Shown one piece after another: positions 30,754 through 41,079 of a DNA stretch of 64,000 nucleotides. The notes beneath the pieces are model-generated. The model searched no databases, was not told the origin of the DNA, and saw only the letters and a program-made list of their open reading frames with translations. Location of the stretch: contig JBHLRZ010000006.1 in assembly GCA_048882045.1 (NCBI GenBank), positions 32,001 to 96,000 on the forward strand, in the 5' to 3' direction. The stretch is from Candidatus Thorarchaeota archaeon (GTDB lineage Archaea > Asgardarchaeota > Thorarchaeia > Thorarchaeales > Thorarchaeaceae). How positions within the stretch are numbered: the first letter of the stretch is position 1; each line of letters begins with the position of its first letter. A program made the translations under genes and the position numbers.

Positions 30754-31545
30754 GTGATGACAAATCTGCGTAAGAAGATTCGCTGCTTTCTGTTTGATAT
30801 GGATGGCACTATTTACCTGGGAAACAAGTTGCTTCCAGGGGCAAAGATGTTCCTTAGAGAGCTCGAGATAAGGGATGTGCCATATTATTTCCTGACAAAC
30901 AATTCGTCACGGTCAAGAGCAGACTATGTTACGAAACTAGAACGGTTGGGACTAAACACTCCTGCTGAGAAAATATTTTCTTCAGGAGAAGCGACTGCGA
31001 CCTACTTGAAGAAAAAGGGAGGAGGTAGCCGTATCTTCCTGGTAGGAACACCCTCGCTTGAAAATGAATTTGAACAACACGGATTCCAACTTGTTCAGAA
31101 CAACCCGGATTATGTAGTGCTGGGATTTGACACGACACTCACCTACGAGAAACTCTGGAAGCTTTGTGATTTTGTCAGGAGAGATATTCCCTATATCGCT
31201 ACTCACCCAGACATCAATTGTCCTACTGAAACTGGATTCATGCCTGATATCGGTGCAATGATAGCTTTCGTTGAAACTTCAACAGGCCGAAAACCCGATG
31301 AGATTGTTGGGAAACCCAACCCTCCAATCATCGAAGCTATTTTGGAGAAGACAGTGTATAATGTAAATCAAATCGCAATGGTTGGAGACCGTCTCTATAC
31401 TGATATCGCCATGGGGAAAACAGGAATCACTACAATCCTAGTCTTAAGTGGGGAAACAAAGGAAAGTGACATAGAATCTGCGAATCAAAAACCAGACTAT
31501 GTTGTCAAGAATATCCAAGGTCTAAGAGAACTCTATTTTTCATAG
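30754..31545 (+). CDS. HAD-superfamily IIA hydrolase (NagD-like)
   Basis: FDMDGT, LTNNSS, GKP, MVGDRLYTDI, VLSGET. Confidence 0.93.
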   Translation: MMTNLRKKIRCFLFDMDGTIYLGNKLLPGAKMFLRELEIRDVPYYFLTNNSSRSRADYVTKLERLGLNTPAEKIFSSGEATATYLKKKGGGSRIFLVGTPSLENEFEQHGFQLVQNNPDYVVLGFDTTLTYEKLWKLCDFVRRDIPYIATHPDINCPTETGFMPDIGAMIAFVETSTGRKPDEIVGKPNPPIIEAILEKTVYNVNQIAMVGDRLYTDIAMGKTGITTILVLSGETKESDIESANQKPDYVVKNIQGLRELYFS

Positions 31546-31652
31546 CAGAAATCAATCAAAAGACATGTCTATTTCACATCTGCGTTTAATGCTTTGAAGG
31601 CATAGAGTAACGTTTATGCGGTTGATGAGTAGAGAGGGCTCGGAGCGCTGTC

Positions 31653-32735
31653 TTGTTGAACTATCATCTAGTCCTGACCCGAAGGTGCAATCTCAACTGC
31701 CTGTACTGTCATGGCGGCGAGGAAACTGGACCAGATACAGAGATACAGTACTCGCTTGATGACTTGGAATCTTTCTTGGAGAAGGACAACAACGCTCAGC
31801 TCATGCTGTACGGTGGAGAGCCTACATTACGACCAAATCTCATTATCGAACTAATGGATCGTTTTCCTTCTACTCGTTTCATGCTTCAGACCAATGCGCT
31901 TCTCATGGACAAACTGCCAGAGGACTATGTCAAACGATTTCATTCCATCCTGGTTTCCATTGATGGGACTGAAGCAACCACTGACCGATATCGTTCACAG
32001 GGAGTCTATCAGAAAGTGATGAATAACGTCCAATGGCTACATGACATTGGTTTCGAGGGAGACATTGTTGCTAGGATGGCAGTATCAGAGCAATCAGATA
32101 TCCATAGTGAAGTTCGTCACCTTCTTGATGTAGAGCCTTCTTTCAATCATGTCCACTGGCAATTGAATGTCATATGGGATGCTGAAGACAATTGGACAGA
32201 TTTTGATAAATGGGTGAAGGAGTCATACAATCCAGGAATTACACATTTGGTGGATACGTGGGTTTCAAAAATGAATGATGGAATAGTTGAAGGGATTGTT
32301 CCATTCATACCCTTGATGCACTCGCTCATGACTGGGAATAAATCAGAGATGAGGTGTGGGTCTGGACTGGATACTTTCGCCATTCATATTGATGGGAGTA
32401 TTGGAGTGTGTCCAATCTCTCCAGATTGGGACTTCTCAATAGTGGGTAATATCTATGAAACAGAACCCAAAGATCTGATGAACTGTATGAGGGTCGATGA
32501 ACCCTGCTCATCCTGCAAGGAGTTTGAAGTATGTGGAGGTCGTTGTCTTTTTGCAAACAAACAACGGCTATGGGGAGAGAGTGGTTTTGAGAAGGTTTGC
32601 GACATAACTAAGCACTTGATTGATGAACTCAAACGAGTTGCGCCAAAAGTGCAAGAGATAGTTTCGGATGGCAAGATTTCGATTGAAGACTTTGTATATC
32701 CAGAATTTAACAATGGATGTGAGATCATACCATAG
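31653..32735 (+). CDS. radical SAM/SPASM protein (AF0577/TIGR04084-like)
   Basis: CNLNCLYC, YGGEP, SIDG, HWQL, CGSG..C..CSSC....CGGRC, C-terminal EIIP. Confidence 0.85.
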   Translation: MLNYHLVLTRRCNLNCLYCHGGEETGPDTEIQYSLDDLESFLEKDNNAQLMLYGGEPTLRPNLIIELMDRFPSTRFMLQTNALLMDKLPEDYVKRFHSILVSIDGTEATTDRYRSQGVYQKVMNNVQWLHDIGFEGDIVARMAVSEQSDIHSEVRHLLDVEPSFNHVHWQLNVIWDAEDNWTDFDKWVKESYNPGITHLVDTWVSKMNDGIVEGIVPFIPLMHSLMTGNKSEMRCGSGLDTFAIHIDGSIGVCPISPDWDFSIVGNIYETEPKDLMNCMRVDEPCSSCKEFEVCGGRCLFANKQRLWGESGFEKVCDITKHLIDELKRVAPKVQEIVSDGKISIEDFVYPEFNNGCEIIP

Positions 32736-32785
32736 CTTTGTGTCTTTGGAAACGCACATAACCAGTAAGTTTCTCCAAACTCAAG

Positions 32786-33577
32786 ATGACCATGACTTCC
32801 ACACGTGAAATTCTTGAGGATCTTGCTTCAGGTAAACTCTCTGTCGATGACGCAGAGAAAGCACTAAGAATACTGTCTTTGAGTAAAGTGGGCAATATAG
32901 GTATGCTCGATGTCAACAGAGGAGAACGCAGTGGTGTACCAGAGGTAGTTTACGCAGAGAGCAAATCGTTGGAATACTTAGTGAATATTGCAGAGGTCAT
33001 GGTTGAGAAGAAGCAGTTTGTCATGCTGACACGAATGACACAGGACAAGCTAACTGGTCTTAAATCAGCTCATCCAGAACTCAAGTTTGATGCGTTTGGT
33101 CCTGATAATCATCTGACTGTGTTGGGATACACGGAGGAGTGGAAAGAGCCTCAGAAGAAGGGCAAAATCGCAGTAGTGACTGCAGGTACGTCAGATATAC
33201 CATATGCGCATGAAGCAGAAATGATTGCACGTCTGATCGGTGTTGAAGTTCTATCTTTCTTCGATGTTGGTGTGGCTGGAATTCATAGACTCATTGAACC
33301 AATCAAGACGATCATCAATGAAGATGTTGATGCGATTGTTGTCTTTGCTGGTATGGAAGGAGCATTACCTACAGTAGTCGCTTCTTTGGTTGATATTCCC
33401 GTGATTGGCGTTCCAGTCCCAACGGGATATGGTTTCGGAGGCAAAGGTGAAACCGCTCTAGCATCAATGCTACAGTCTTGTGCACCAGGTTTAGCAGTAG
33501 TCAATATCGGTAATGGTCTAGGTGGGGGATCGGTGGCATCACTCATTGCAAAAAAATATGCTGAGAAGAGAAAATAA
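32786..33577 (+). CDS. larB: nickel-pincer cofactor biosynthesis protein LarB (PurE-like)
   Basis: GVPEVVYAESK, TAGTSDIP, DVGVAGIHRL, AGMEGALP, PTGYG, MLQSCAPG. Confidence 0.92.
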   Translation: MTMTSTREILEDLASGKLSVDDAEKALRILSLSKVGNIGMLDVNRGERSGVPEVVYAESKSLEYLVNIAEVMVEKKQFVMLTRMTQDKLTGLKSAHPELKFDAFGPDNHLTVLGYTEEWKEPQKKGKIAVVTAGTSDIPYAHEAEMIARLIGVEVLSFFDVGVAGIHRLIEPIKTIINEDVDAIVVFAGMEGALPTVVASLVDIPVIGVPVPTGYGFGGKGETALASMLQSCAPGLAVVNIGNGLGGGSVASLIAKKYAEKRK

Positions 33578-33579
33578 GA

Positions 33580-34098
33580 CTAATCTTCTTCATCCATAGG
33601 AGATTCGGTCAAGTCCTTCTGCATGACAACTATCTCTTCTCCAAGGCGCTCCATTCTTCCAGTTTCGACATATCCATTTCGTTCGTAGAATGAGAGCTGA
33701 TTTTCGACTACACCATAAATCTCTACTTCGATTCGTTGCGCATTCCTTACGGATAGAAGGTTTTCTGCATAATCTACTAGCTTGCTTCCGATTCGTCTGT
33801 TCCTGAATGATTGTCGCACACCAACCCTACTTATCACACCAACTTGTCCACGAAGTCTGACCCTCATTGTTCCAACAACAGTATCTCCAACTAGAGCAAC
33901 GTACTGATCACCCATCTGAATGTGTCGAGAAATCTTGTCAAGTCCCTCTTTTAGTGCTGCGGGTTCACGGGATAGTTGTTTCTTAATGGGAGCGTAGGCC
34001 TCTCTAATTATCTCCTTAATCACATCTACTTCCGCGAGTTCTGCTCGACGAATTGTGACTTCAGCGTAGTTGTAAATAGAGATTCCTCCTTGGGACAT
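33580..34098 (-). CDS. GNAT family N-acetyltransferase
   Basis: FRNRRIGSKL, FYERNGY. Confidence 0.85.
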   Translation of the reverse strand: MSQGGISIYNYAEVTIRRAELAEVDVIKEIIREAYAPIKKQLSREPAALKEGLDKISRHIQMGDQYVALVGDTVVGTMRVRLRGQVGVISRVGVRQSFRNRRIGSKLVDYAENLLSVRNAQRIEVEIYGVVENQLSFYERNGYVETGRMERLGEEIVVMQKDLTESPMDEED

Positions 34099-34188
34099 TC
34101 ATTCAGTGTAGTGTACTTTTTGAAATAAATCATTTGGGGCGTGGACCAACAATCTATATCAGATAGAGGATAGATTCATTCTGAAACA

Positions 34189-34680
34189 GTGATTTGGATG
34201 GAAATACTCCTCCGCAATCTTGACCCAGACGATCTTGGTTGGGTTAGTGAGATTCTGATTGAGGCATGGGCATCAACTCGAGTGGTAAGCAGGGGTAAAA
34301 TGCATAATGCAGATCAACTTCCTGGTATTGTTGCTGAAATCAATGAGGAACGTGTTGGAATTCTCACATACAACATCACTTCACCAGACCTCGAAATTGT
34401 GACTCTCAATGTTTTGAGTGAAAGAGAAGGGATTGGAACTAGACTGGTTGAGAGAGCTGAACAGATTGCTAGAATCAAGAACTGTTCTCGCATATGGGTC
34501 ATCACTACAAACGACAATACTGGAGCAATCTCTTTCTATGAGACCCTGGGTTTTAAAATCGCTGCAGTGCACTATAATGCCATTGAGTATTCCCGAAGGC
34601 TGAAACCAGAGATTCCATTGACAGGGATCAAAGGAATCCCCATAACAGATGAAATTGAGCTCGAAAAGATTCTTGATTGA
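34189..34680 (+). CDS. GNAT family N-acetyltransferase
   Basis: GIGTRL, ITTNDN, FYETLGF, LKPEIP. Confidence 0.88.
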   Translation: MIWMEILLRNLDPDDLGWVSEILIEAWASTRVVSRGKMHNADQLPGIVAEINEERVGILTYNITSPDLEIVTLNVLSEREGIGTRLVERAEQIARIKNCSRIWVITTNDNTGAISFYETLGFKIAAVHYNAIEYSRRLKPEIPLTGIKGIPITDEIELEKILD

Positions 34681-34747
34681 TTCAAACAAGCAACACTTAG
34701 CTTTAATACAGCTCAAGAACACATTACTTCATTCAGGAGGACACCTA

Positions 34748-34897
34748 ATGACTGACAATGAGAAGGAAGAGGAAGTAGCCGAATCACAGAAACTCACTAA
34801 GAAGGACAAGCAAGAGATTCAAGAAGGCCTCTGTGTCAATTGTGCGCTCCTCTCGTTCATAGTAACCATCTTCATGATAATAGCACTTGTTCTCTAA
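34748..34897 (+). CDS. small tail-anchored membrane protein (49 aa)
   Basis: AGGAGG RBS at 34735-34740; charged N-terminus, CVNC, C-terminal TM. Confidence 0.6.
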   Translation: MTDNEKEEEVAESQKLTKKDKQEIQEGLCVNCALLSFIVTIFMIIALVL

Positions 34898-34943
34898 TCT
34901 AGGAAAGAGAATGAGGAGGACCACGGAGGGTCCCCATCATATA

Positions 34944-36350
34944 CTAGTTACTTGCATCATCCTCGTCGTCTTCACCATAGCGTTTGGCTTTTCCAAGACG
35001 GCGACTGTCGTCAATTGAGAGTCTATCAGGGTCAGGTGCTGAGAGTTTATGCCCAGGTTCACCTTCTTTGATACCTTCAGCTCTTTCACTCGGCCAGGAT
35101 TCACCAGGGTCTGGTGTTGCATCAGCAATATCCTCATCGACTTCATCGGGTGCGAAGGTCTCACCTTTCTCACGAGCTCGGGTAACAATGCGTTCCATCC
35201 TTCCTGTTCGTAGGTAGATTACAGCAGTGAAAATCGCAGCCAATGGGAATGCTATCAGCTTGGCTACATCCTTAAACAGGAATAGGAATCTTGGATCAGC
35301 AAGAAGTCCAGTTTCGAACCAACCAGTGGCGGGATCACCAATGATAGTGAGTGGGTTCGCAGAAACAGTAATGATACTGTCTACAAAGAAGAAACCACTT
35401 GCTAGGAAGAATGTGATCAGTGGTCCAAAATCTCCGATTCTACCTCCAGGTTTCTCAGCAGCCTCTGTAGCTGTACGTCCGATTCCACTCAACGCGTAAG
35501 CCAAAAAGAAGAGTGACATACCAATGTCAACTGGCCCCATACCAGAAACTCCTGTACGACGCATGACGTTGACCAAGAAATACCCCGCATAAATAGAAAT
35601 GAAGAGAGTTAGAAGGGCTATATTAAGGGCTGCACCTTTGCCAGCGTACCTGAAGAATGCTAGAAGCATCACAAGTGCAAATAGTCCCATGCATCCGTAT
35701 GCAACCATCAGATATGGGACTGTTTCTGGATTAGTGAGATTTGCACTAGCTAACGGGAAAATCCCGTTCATTGTTGTTCCTAAACCAAGGATATCGTTAG
35801 GAACTAAGTATAAGGCCAAAAGGGCTTCTGCAGCAATTATTCCTAAACCGATTATGAGAAGGATGAAACTCCCAGTTCCCAATAGGAAACCTCCCTTCTT
35901 CGGCTCTGCGATTGTAGCAATTCTTAAACTAGTCCTTGTAGAAAGATAGCCTTGAAAAGCAATCCAGCCTACCCAGCCAAATATCGCAAAGAAGAGTAAA
36001 GCTGCTCTACCAACTAATATTGACAGAAATACTGCAATGGCAAATGAAACAGCCATCCAAGCAACACCCTTCATTTCGGTAACTCGTCCTCGACCTCTCC
36101 GTGTAATCCAGAGACCATCTACGCCCAACCCTGTGAAAAGTGAGCCCAGAGCAAAATAGATTGTACCAGCTGATCCGATATATGTGAAGAAGTAGACTAG
36201 CCCCTGTTCGATACCGGTTCCAGGGTAAGTATACATCAACCAAGACACAAAGAGACCGAGAAATGTTGTAGCAACAAACACAGTAAGATACGCGAGGTAT
36301 CTCCGTGTTTTGAAGAAAACTCCAATTCCATCAAACAACGGGATTCCCAA
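34944..36350 (-). CDS. polytopic membrane protein with acidic cytoplasmic tail
   Basis: About 10 TM segments; GGAGGT RBS before TTG. Confidence 0.8.
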   Translation of the reverse strand: MGIPLFDGIGVFFKTRRYLAYLTVFVATTFLGLFVSWLMYTYPGTGIEQGLVYFFTYIGSAGTIYFALGSLFTGLGVDGLWITRRGRGRVTEMKGVAWMAVSFAIAVFLSILVGRAALLFFAIFGWVGWIAFQGYLSTRTSLRIATIAEPKKGGFLLGTGSFILLIIGLGIIAAEALLALYLVPNDILGLGTTMNGIFPLASANLTNPETVPYLMVAYGCMGLFALVMLLAFFRYAGKGAALNIALLTLFISIYAGYFLVNVMRRTGVSGMGPVDIGMSLFFLAYALSGIGRTATEAAEKPGGRIGDFGPLITFFLASGFFFVDSIITVSANPLTIIGDPATGWFETGLLADPRFLFLFKDVAKLIAFPLAAIFTAVIYLRTGRMERIVTRAREKGETFAPDEVDEDIADATPDPGESWPSERAEGIKEGEPGHKLSAPDPDRLSIDDSRRLGKAKRYGEDDEDDASN

Positions 36351-36480
36351 TAATAGTAACCTCCCTGTCTAGTAGGGACAGAGGGTCTGGACTGATATAA
36401 GGTTTACAGCTATATTGCTCTCAGTTCTATGTTGTGAAAAATAATAAGAGACCTAAGTGTAAATTCAGCATCATCCAAGG

Positions 36481-39114
36481 ATGTGTGCCAAAATGGCTGT
36501 TCGAGTTCTAATGGTCGATGACGACCCAGTACATCTTGAACTGAGTGAACGATTCCTCACTCGTCAGAGTCCAGAATATGAGGTAGTTTCAGCTGAAACT
36601 CCTGAAGAAGCTATGAACCTCCTAATTGATGAGGCGTTTGATGCCGCTGTCTGTGATATTGATATGGGAAATGAGCAACCAACTGGACTTGATATATTAG
36701 AGCAAATCAGATCCAATGGACTAGACGTCTCCGTCATTATATTCACGGGCAAGAGCAGAGAAGAGATTGCCATCCAAGCATTAAACCTAGGTGCGGACTA
36801 TTACCTTCGGAAGAGCTCGACAAAGATTGAGGCACTCTATGCTGAACTCTCATATTACATCCTTACCTCAGTTGAGAAGAGAAGAACTAAGAGAGCACTG
36901 GCGGAATCAGAGAGAAGGCTAAGACAGAGTGAGGCGAACCTAGCAGAGGCCCAGAGGATAGCTCGAATGGGACACTGGAATTGGGACATTGTAGAAGACA
37001 ATATCGAGTGGTCCGATGAGATCTATCGAATCTTTGGTCTTGAGCCGCAGGAGTTCGCTGCAACATACGAAGCTTTTCTTTCATCAGTACACCACGATGA
37101 TAGAGAGGATGTCCGAAAAGCTGTTGATGAAGCAATTTCCAAGAAGAAACCATACCACATCGACCACCGTGTGGTGAGATCAGATGGCTCCATTGTCCAG
37201 GTCCATGAAGCTGGAGAGGTCACCTATAATGAAAAAGGAGATGCTATTCGCATGATGGGTACAGTCCAGCAAATCACTGATGGTAGTCATCATGTTCCCG
37301 TAGGCGAAGAGAAGTTGATGCATAAAATCCTTCAAATTCGTCAGGATTGGTGGCAGGCAGTTTTTGAACACTCACCGAATGCAATAGCAATCTTCGATGA
37401 GGAGGGATTGTTGATTGATGCTAACAATGCTGCTGTGCAGCTAGTTGGAGTGAAGACTCGTGAAGAGGTATTGGGACTGAGTCTCTTCAAAGACACAAAT
37501 CTCCCTGACGAAGTGCTTGAAAAGGTTAGTAAAGGAGAGGTACATCGATTTGACTATAAATGGAAACTTCAGATCGTATTGGATTTGGGAATCATGGACA
37601 CTTCACACACAGAAGATGTTTTCATGGATGTTGTTATTTCACCATTTCAAGATGCACAAGGCAAACCAAGTGGGTATATTCTGAATGTGACAGACATGAC
37701 TGAGCGTCATAAGACGGAAGAAGCCCTCAAAGCAAATGAAGAAATGTTCAGGAATATATTCCAAGAATCACCAGTTTGCATCGAACTATTCGATTCTGAT
37801 GGCCTATTGATTAGCGCAAACAAAGCAACATTGGATCTATTCGGAGTTAGTTCTCTTGACAAGTTGGTTGGATTCAATATCTTTGAAGATCCCAATACAC
37901 CTGAAAACGTCAAAGAACGTCTTCGAAAAGGAGAAACTGTGAAGATCGAAACAAGGTTCGATTTCTCGAAGGTCAAAGTCCACAACATCTATGAAACATC
38001 AAAGACCGGAATCATGCATCTTGATTGTGTTTACGCTCCTGTTAGATATGGAGATGAAGAGGGGCATCGTGGATTCATCATTCACATCCAAGATGCGACA
38101 GATCGTAGCTTGGCAGAACAAGCGCTTATGGAGAGTAGAGAGAGCTTCAAAGAGCTATACAATAATGCACTAGTGGGATTATTCAGAATCAGGATTTCTG
38201 ACGGGATGGTCTTGGAGTGCAACGACCAATTCGCAACAAGCTTAGAATTCGATGACAAAGAAACGTTAGTTGATGGTTCGAAATTCTTCAAGGAACTCCT
38301 GACGAAACCGAGTAGTTGGAATCAACTCAAAGCAGATTTACGCGATCATGGCAAAATTGTGACCGAACTTTCAGTTTCACCCAAAGAAGGCAAACGTTTC
38401 TGGATGAGATTGTCGCTTAATATCTGGCCTGAAAAGGGCTACATTGAGGGAGTGATGTCAGACATAACGGAGCAGAAGCAAGCTCTTGAAATGCTCAACA
38501 AGCAGAAGGAAGAACTCAGTGACTTTGCCCATTCCATGAGTCATGATATGAAGAACATCTTTCACAACCTGCTCGGTTTCATCGAACTCATTGAAGAAGA
38601 GCAAGACATCTCACACCTAGACAGGATGAGAGCACTACTAAACGAAACCCGAGAGATGGTTGATCACTCGGTTGCATTGGCTGATGCAGGTCTTATTATC
38701 GAACAGAAAGAGAATGTAGACCTTGACTCCTTGATACGCGAAGTAGCAGACTCACTGATTCCTGAATCAATCACATACTCACAGAGCGAACTTCCAACAA
38801 TCAGAGCTGATGAAAGGAAAGTAGCTCAGGTGTTCCGAAACCTGTTTGATAATGCTATTCAACATGGAAGACCAGACAAGATTGATGTAAGTCTGATTGA
38901 CGAAGGCAGTAGGTTCCTGATCACAGTATCAAACGATGGAAAAGCAATTCCTGATGTCGTACGCGAGAAAGTGTTTCTCAGGGGATTCACAACCAGCAAG
39001 ACTGGAAAGGGCTTTGGGCTGGCTATCGTAAAGAGACTCGTAGAAGCCCATGGCTGGTCAATCAAACTTTTGGAAAGTAGAACTACAGCATTCGAGATAA
39101 CGATACCAAAATAA
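36481..39114 (+). CDS. hybrid sensor kinase: receiver, multiple PAS, HisKA and HATPase domains
   Basis: VDDD, VCDID, FTGK, GADYY; PAS repeats; H-box SHDMKN; NLFDNA, NDG, GFGLAIV. Confidence 0.93.
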   Translation: MCAKMAVRVLMVDDDPVHLELSERFLTRQSPEYEVVSAETPEEAMNLLIDEAFDAAVCDIDMGNEQPTGLDILEQIRSNGLDVSVIIFTGKSREEIAIQALNLGADYYLRKSSTKIEALYAELSYYILTSVEKRRTKRALAESERRLRQSEANLAEAQRIARMGHWNWDIVEDNIEWSDEIYRIFGLEPQEFAATYEAFLSSVHHDDREDVRKAVDEAISKKKPYHIDHRVVRSDGSIVQVHEAGEVTYNEKGDAIRMMGTVQQITDGSHHVPVGEEKLMHKILQIRQDWWQAVFEHSPNAIAIFDEEGLLIDANNAAVQLVGVKTREEVLGLSLFKDTNLPDEVLEKVSKGEVHRFDYKWKLQIVLDLGIMDTSHTEDVFMDVVISPFQDAQGKPSGYILNVTDMTERHKTEEALKANEEMFRNIFQESPVCIELFDSDGLLISANKATLDLFGVSSLDKLVGFNIFEDPNTPENVKERLRKGETVKIETRFDFSKVKVHNIYETSKTGIMHLDCVYAPVRYGDEEGHRGFIIHIQDATDRSLAEQALMESRESFKELYNNALVGLFRIRISDGMVLECNDQFATSLEFDDKETLVDGSKFFKELLTKPSSWNQLKADLRDHGKIVTELSVSPKEGKRFWMRLSLNIWPEKGYIEGVMSDITEQKQALEMLNKQKEELSDFAHSMSHDMKNIFHNLLGFIELIEEEQDISHLDRMRALLNETREMVDHSVALADAGLIIEQKENVDLDSLIREVADSLIPESITYSQSELPTIRADERKVAQVFRNLFDNAIQHGRPDKIDVSLIDEGSRFLITVSNDGKAIPDVVREKVFLRGFTTSKTGKGFGLAIVKRLVEAHGWSIKLLESRTTAFEITIPK

Positions 39115-39196
39115 TATCGATTGGCATTTTCGTGCATATCGAAAGAAATTTTTCGGAGAGGGGCAAGCTTAATAGGTTCTAAGTCTAGGTACTTGC

Positions 39197-39292
39197 GTGG
39201 TCAGTGAACCGGTTGGGCCTTGTTTTCGTAACATGCCCTCATTACATAACTCCCCCCCTCCTACCACATTGAGCCCGTCGGGACCTGACCAC
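39197..39292. other. structured intergenic element (long stem with C/U-rich loop), possible ncRNA or leader
   Basis: GTGGTCAG (39197-39204) pairs with CTGACCAC (39285-39292); inner CCG..GGGC/GCCC..CGG; T-run after. Confidence 0.4.
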
Positions 39293-39330
39293 ACCTCTTT
39301 TGATTTCATGCACAAACTCTATGAGTCCAT

Positions 39331-39789
39331 ATGGGCACTGCGAAACTGTGGTCAAAGGTGGAGAAATGGAAGAAGCTACTAATTCTATCACTATGTTTTT
39401 ACTTGTTGCATCTCTACCTGAGTGTGACAGTCGGCTGGTCAAGTCCTGCTGAGGTTGGACCACCAATAATGGTGGTCACTCGGATCATACCGCCCGTTCT
39501 TCTCTTTTGGGCCTACGATAGTTGGAGGAAACATAAAGGGAAAGGTCTACCCTTTAGCAAATTCAACTGGAAGACTTTTTCACTAATGTTCCTTGTCATT
39601 GCCATTGCGTCATATGTGTTTGCGGCATATTTGTACATGAATCCGGGTTTTTCCCCTCAACCAGGAGCGGATCAGTTCCATATGATTGGAGCTATACTCT
39701 ATGGCACTTTATGTTTCGGATTAGCGATTCATATGATTAGGAATCATGAACGAATTCAAGGAGAAGTAGATAGGATGATGCTTTCTTAG
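39331..39789 (+). CDS. membrane protein (4 TM)
   Basis: Four hydrophobic helices. Confidence 0.7.
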   Translation: MGTAKLWSKVEKWKKLLILSLCFYLLHLYLSVTVGWSSPAEVGPPIMVVTRIIPPVLLFWAYDSWRKHKGKGLPFSKFNWKTFSLMFLVIAIASYVFAAYLYMNPGFSPQPGADQFHMIGAILYGTLCFGLAIHMIRNHERIQGEVDRMMLS

Positions 39790-40001
39790 CTGGAATCGGG
39801 CCAAACCAAATAATCTCAAGCTGCTCTAACTGTTTTCAAAATTCTGACCATAACCCTTCTATTGATGAGCCGATTAGATGCTGGAATTTGTGTGATATGA
39901 CACAAATTTATGCAATAATTGTTTTATAAGAATAGATGAAAGCCTTATTAGAAAGGTATGGCTCAGGTATTGTCACTCACGTGATGGGAGGTGAGAATGT
40001 A

Positions 40002-40457
40002 ATGAGTTTATCGAAGAGAGTGAGTGTTGGATTACTGAGTCTAGTTTTCTTGCTTGCATTAGTGTCTGCAAGTCCTGTGCAAGCAAAAACACCGATTAGA
40101 TGGGATTTTGCTGCTAGATATGTACCGACGCCTACAACTGATTGGATTGGAGAAATAGGTGAGGATGCGGAAATTGGCATGTTCATTACAGATGTTGTAT
40201 TCCTATCCAATGGGCAGAAATTAGCTATAGATTGGTGGATCAATTTCGATGGTGGAGGACATCTTGAGGGAACAGCTCATGGATTTTTTGTCTATGAAAC
40301 ACACGACTATGTCTTGGATGGTGGACAATATGTCCTCAATGGAGAGGTGACAGGTACGTCTACAGAGTGGTCTCATTTACTCGGACGAAATGTGCATATT
40401 ATGGGTTATGTAGCACCTTGGTTTTCGATAACTGAGGGAGTTTTACAGATAAACTGA
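40002..40457 (+). CDS. secreted beta-rich hypothetical protein
   Basis: GGGAGGTGA RBS, signal peptide ending ASPVQA, hairpin downstream; track start 39936. Confidence 0.75.
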   Translation: MSLSKRVSVGLLSLVFLLALVSASPVQAKTPIRWDFAARYVPTPTTDWIGEIGEDAEIGMFITDVVFLSNGQKLAIDWWINFDGGGHLEGTAHGFFVYETHDYVLDGGQYVLNGEVTGTSTEWSHLLGRNVHIMGYVAPWFSITEGVLQIN

Positions 40458-40484
40458 AGGAGATCCAACTAACATAATGGTTAT

Positions 40485-40523
40485 AGAGGGGTCGGTCAAC
40501 GACTGACCCTTCTTTCTATTTTT
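40485..40523 (+). terminator. hairpin plus T-tract terminator
   Basis: AGAGGGGTCGGTC-AAC-GACTGACCCTTCT followed by TTCTATTTTT. Confidence 0.7.
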
Positions 40524-40629
40524 GAAATACCTCATTGTGTCCTTTGGACCCTAGAAATATCTGATTTCCACCTTCAGCTGCCTGAAGTTAATTCGAAATT
40601 GTACTCGACCATCAAAAGTAACATGTAAT

Positions 40630-40644
40630 AGTAATACTTATTAC
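40630..40644. promoter_or_regulatory. palindromic operator-like site, copy 1
   Basis: AGTAATACTTATTAC (GTAATA-CT-TATTAC), identical to 42507-42521. Confidence 0.55.
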
Positions 40645-40718
40645 ACTTTACATGTAACATAAAGTATCCCTTTAGAATCATGTGACATGAGCTGAAGGAG
40701 AGGTAGTAGTGAAATATT

Positions 40719-40985
40719 ATGGAAGAAAGAAAGGTGATCGTTGGGATTCCTGCAAGAATCAAGCAGGACTCTCATCCTAAGCTGATATCTTGGTCGACTT
40801 TATCTAAACTCTTTCGGACAGTCGGTGGATTGCTTCATGTTAATGTGTCTCTTTCTGGTGTTTTTGGAGGATCCAAGGTTGCTTTCTCAAACGCACAGCG
40901 TAGGAGTGTTGCACTGAAGAGCTCAGACGCTGAACGAAGACGTATTGGACTACGGTATCTACGACAACCTCCGGTCATTAGATAA
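40719..40985 (+). CDS. small basic hypothetical protein
   Basis: GGAGAGGT upstream, own downstream terminator hairpin. Confidence 0.55.
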   Translation: MEERKVIVGIPARIKQDSHPKLISWSTLSKLFRTVGGLLHVNVSLSGVFGGSKVAFSNAQRRSVALKSSDAERRRIGLRYLRQPPVIR

Positions 40986-41005
40986 TAGACCAAACTCATA
41001 CTCAA

Positions 41006-41036
41006 TGGGAGCTAATAGCTCCCACCCTTTTATTTT
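41006..41036 (+). terminator. hairpin plus T-tract terminator
   Basis: TGGGAGCT-AAT-AGCTCCCA then CCCTTTTATTTT. Confidence 0.65.
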
Positions 41037-41079
41037 CGATTCGACAACCTCCTCAGAGGTAGTTCATTGATAAAGGAAA

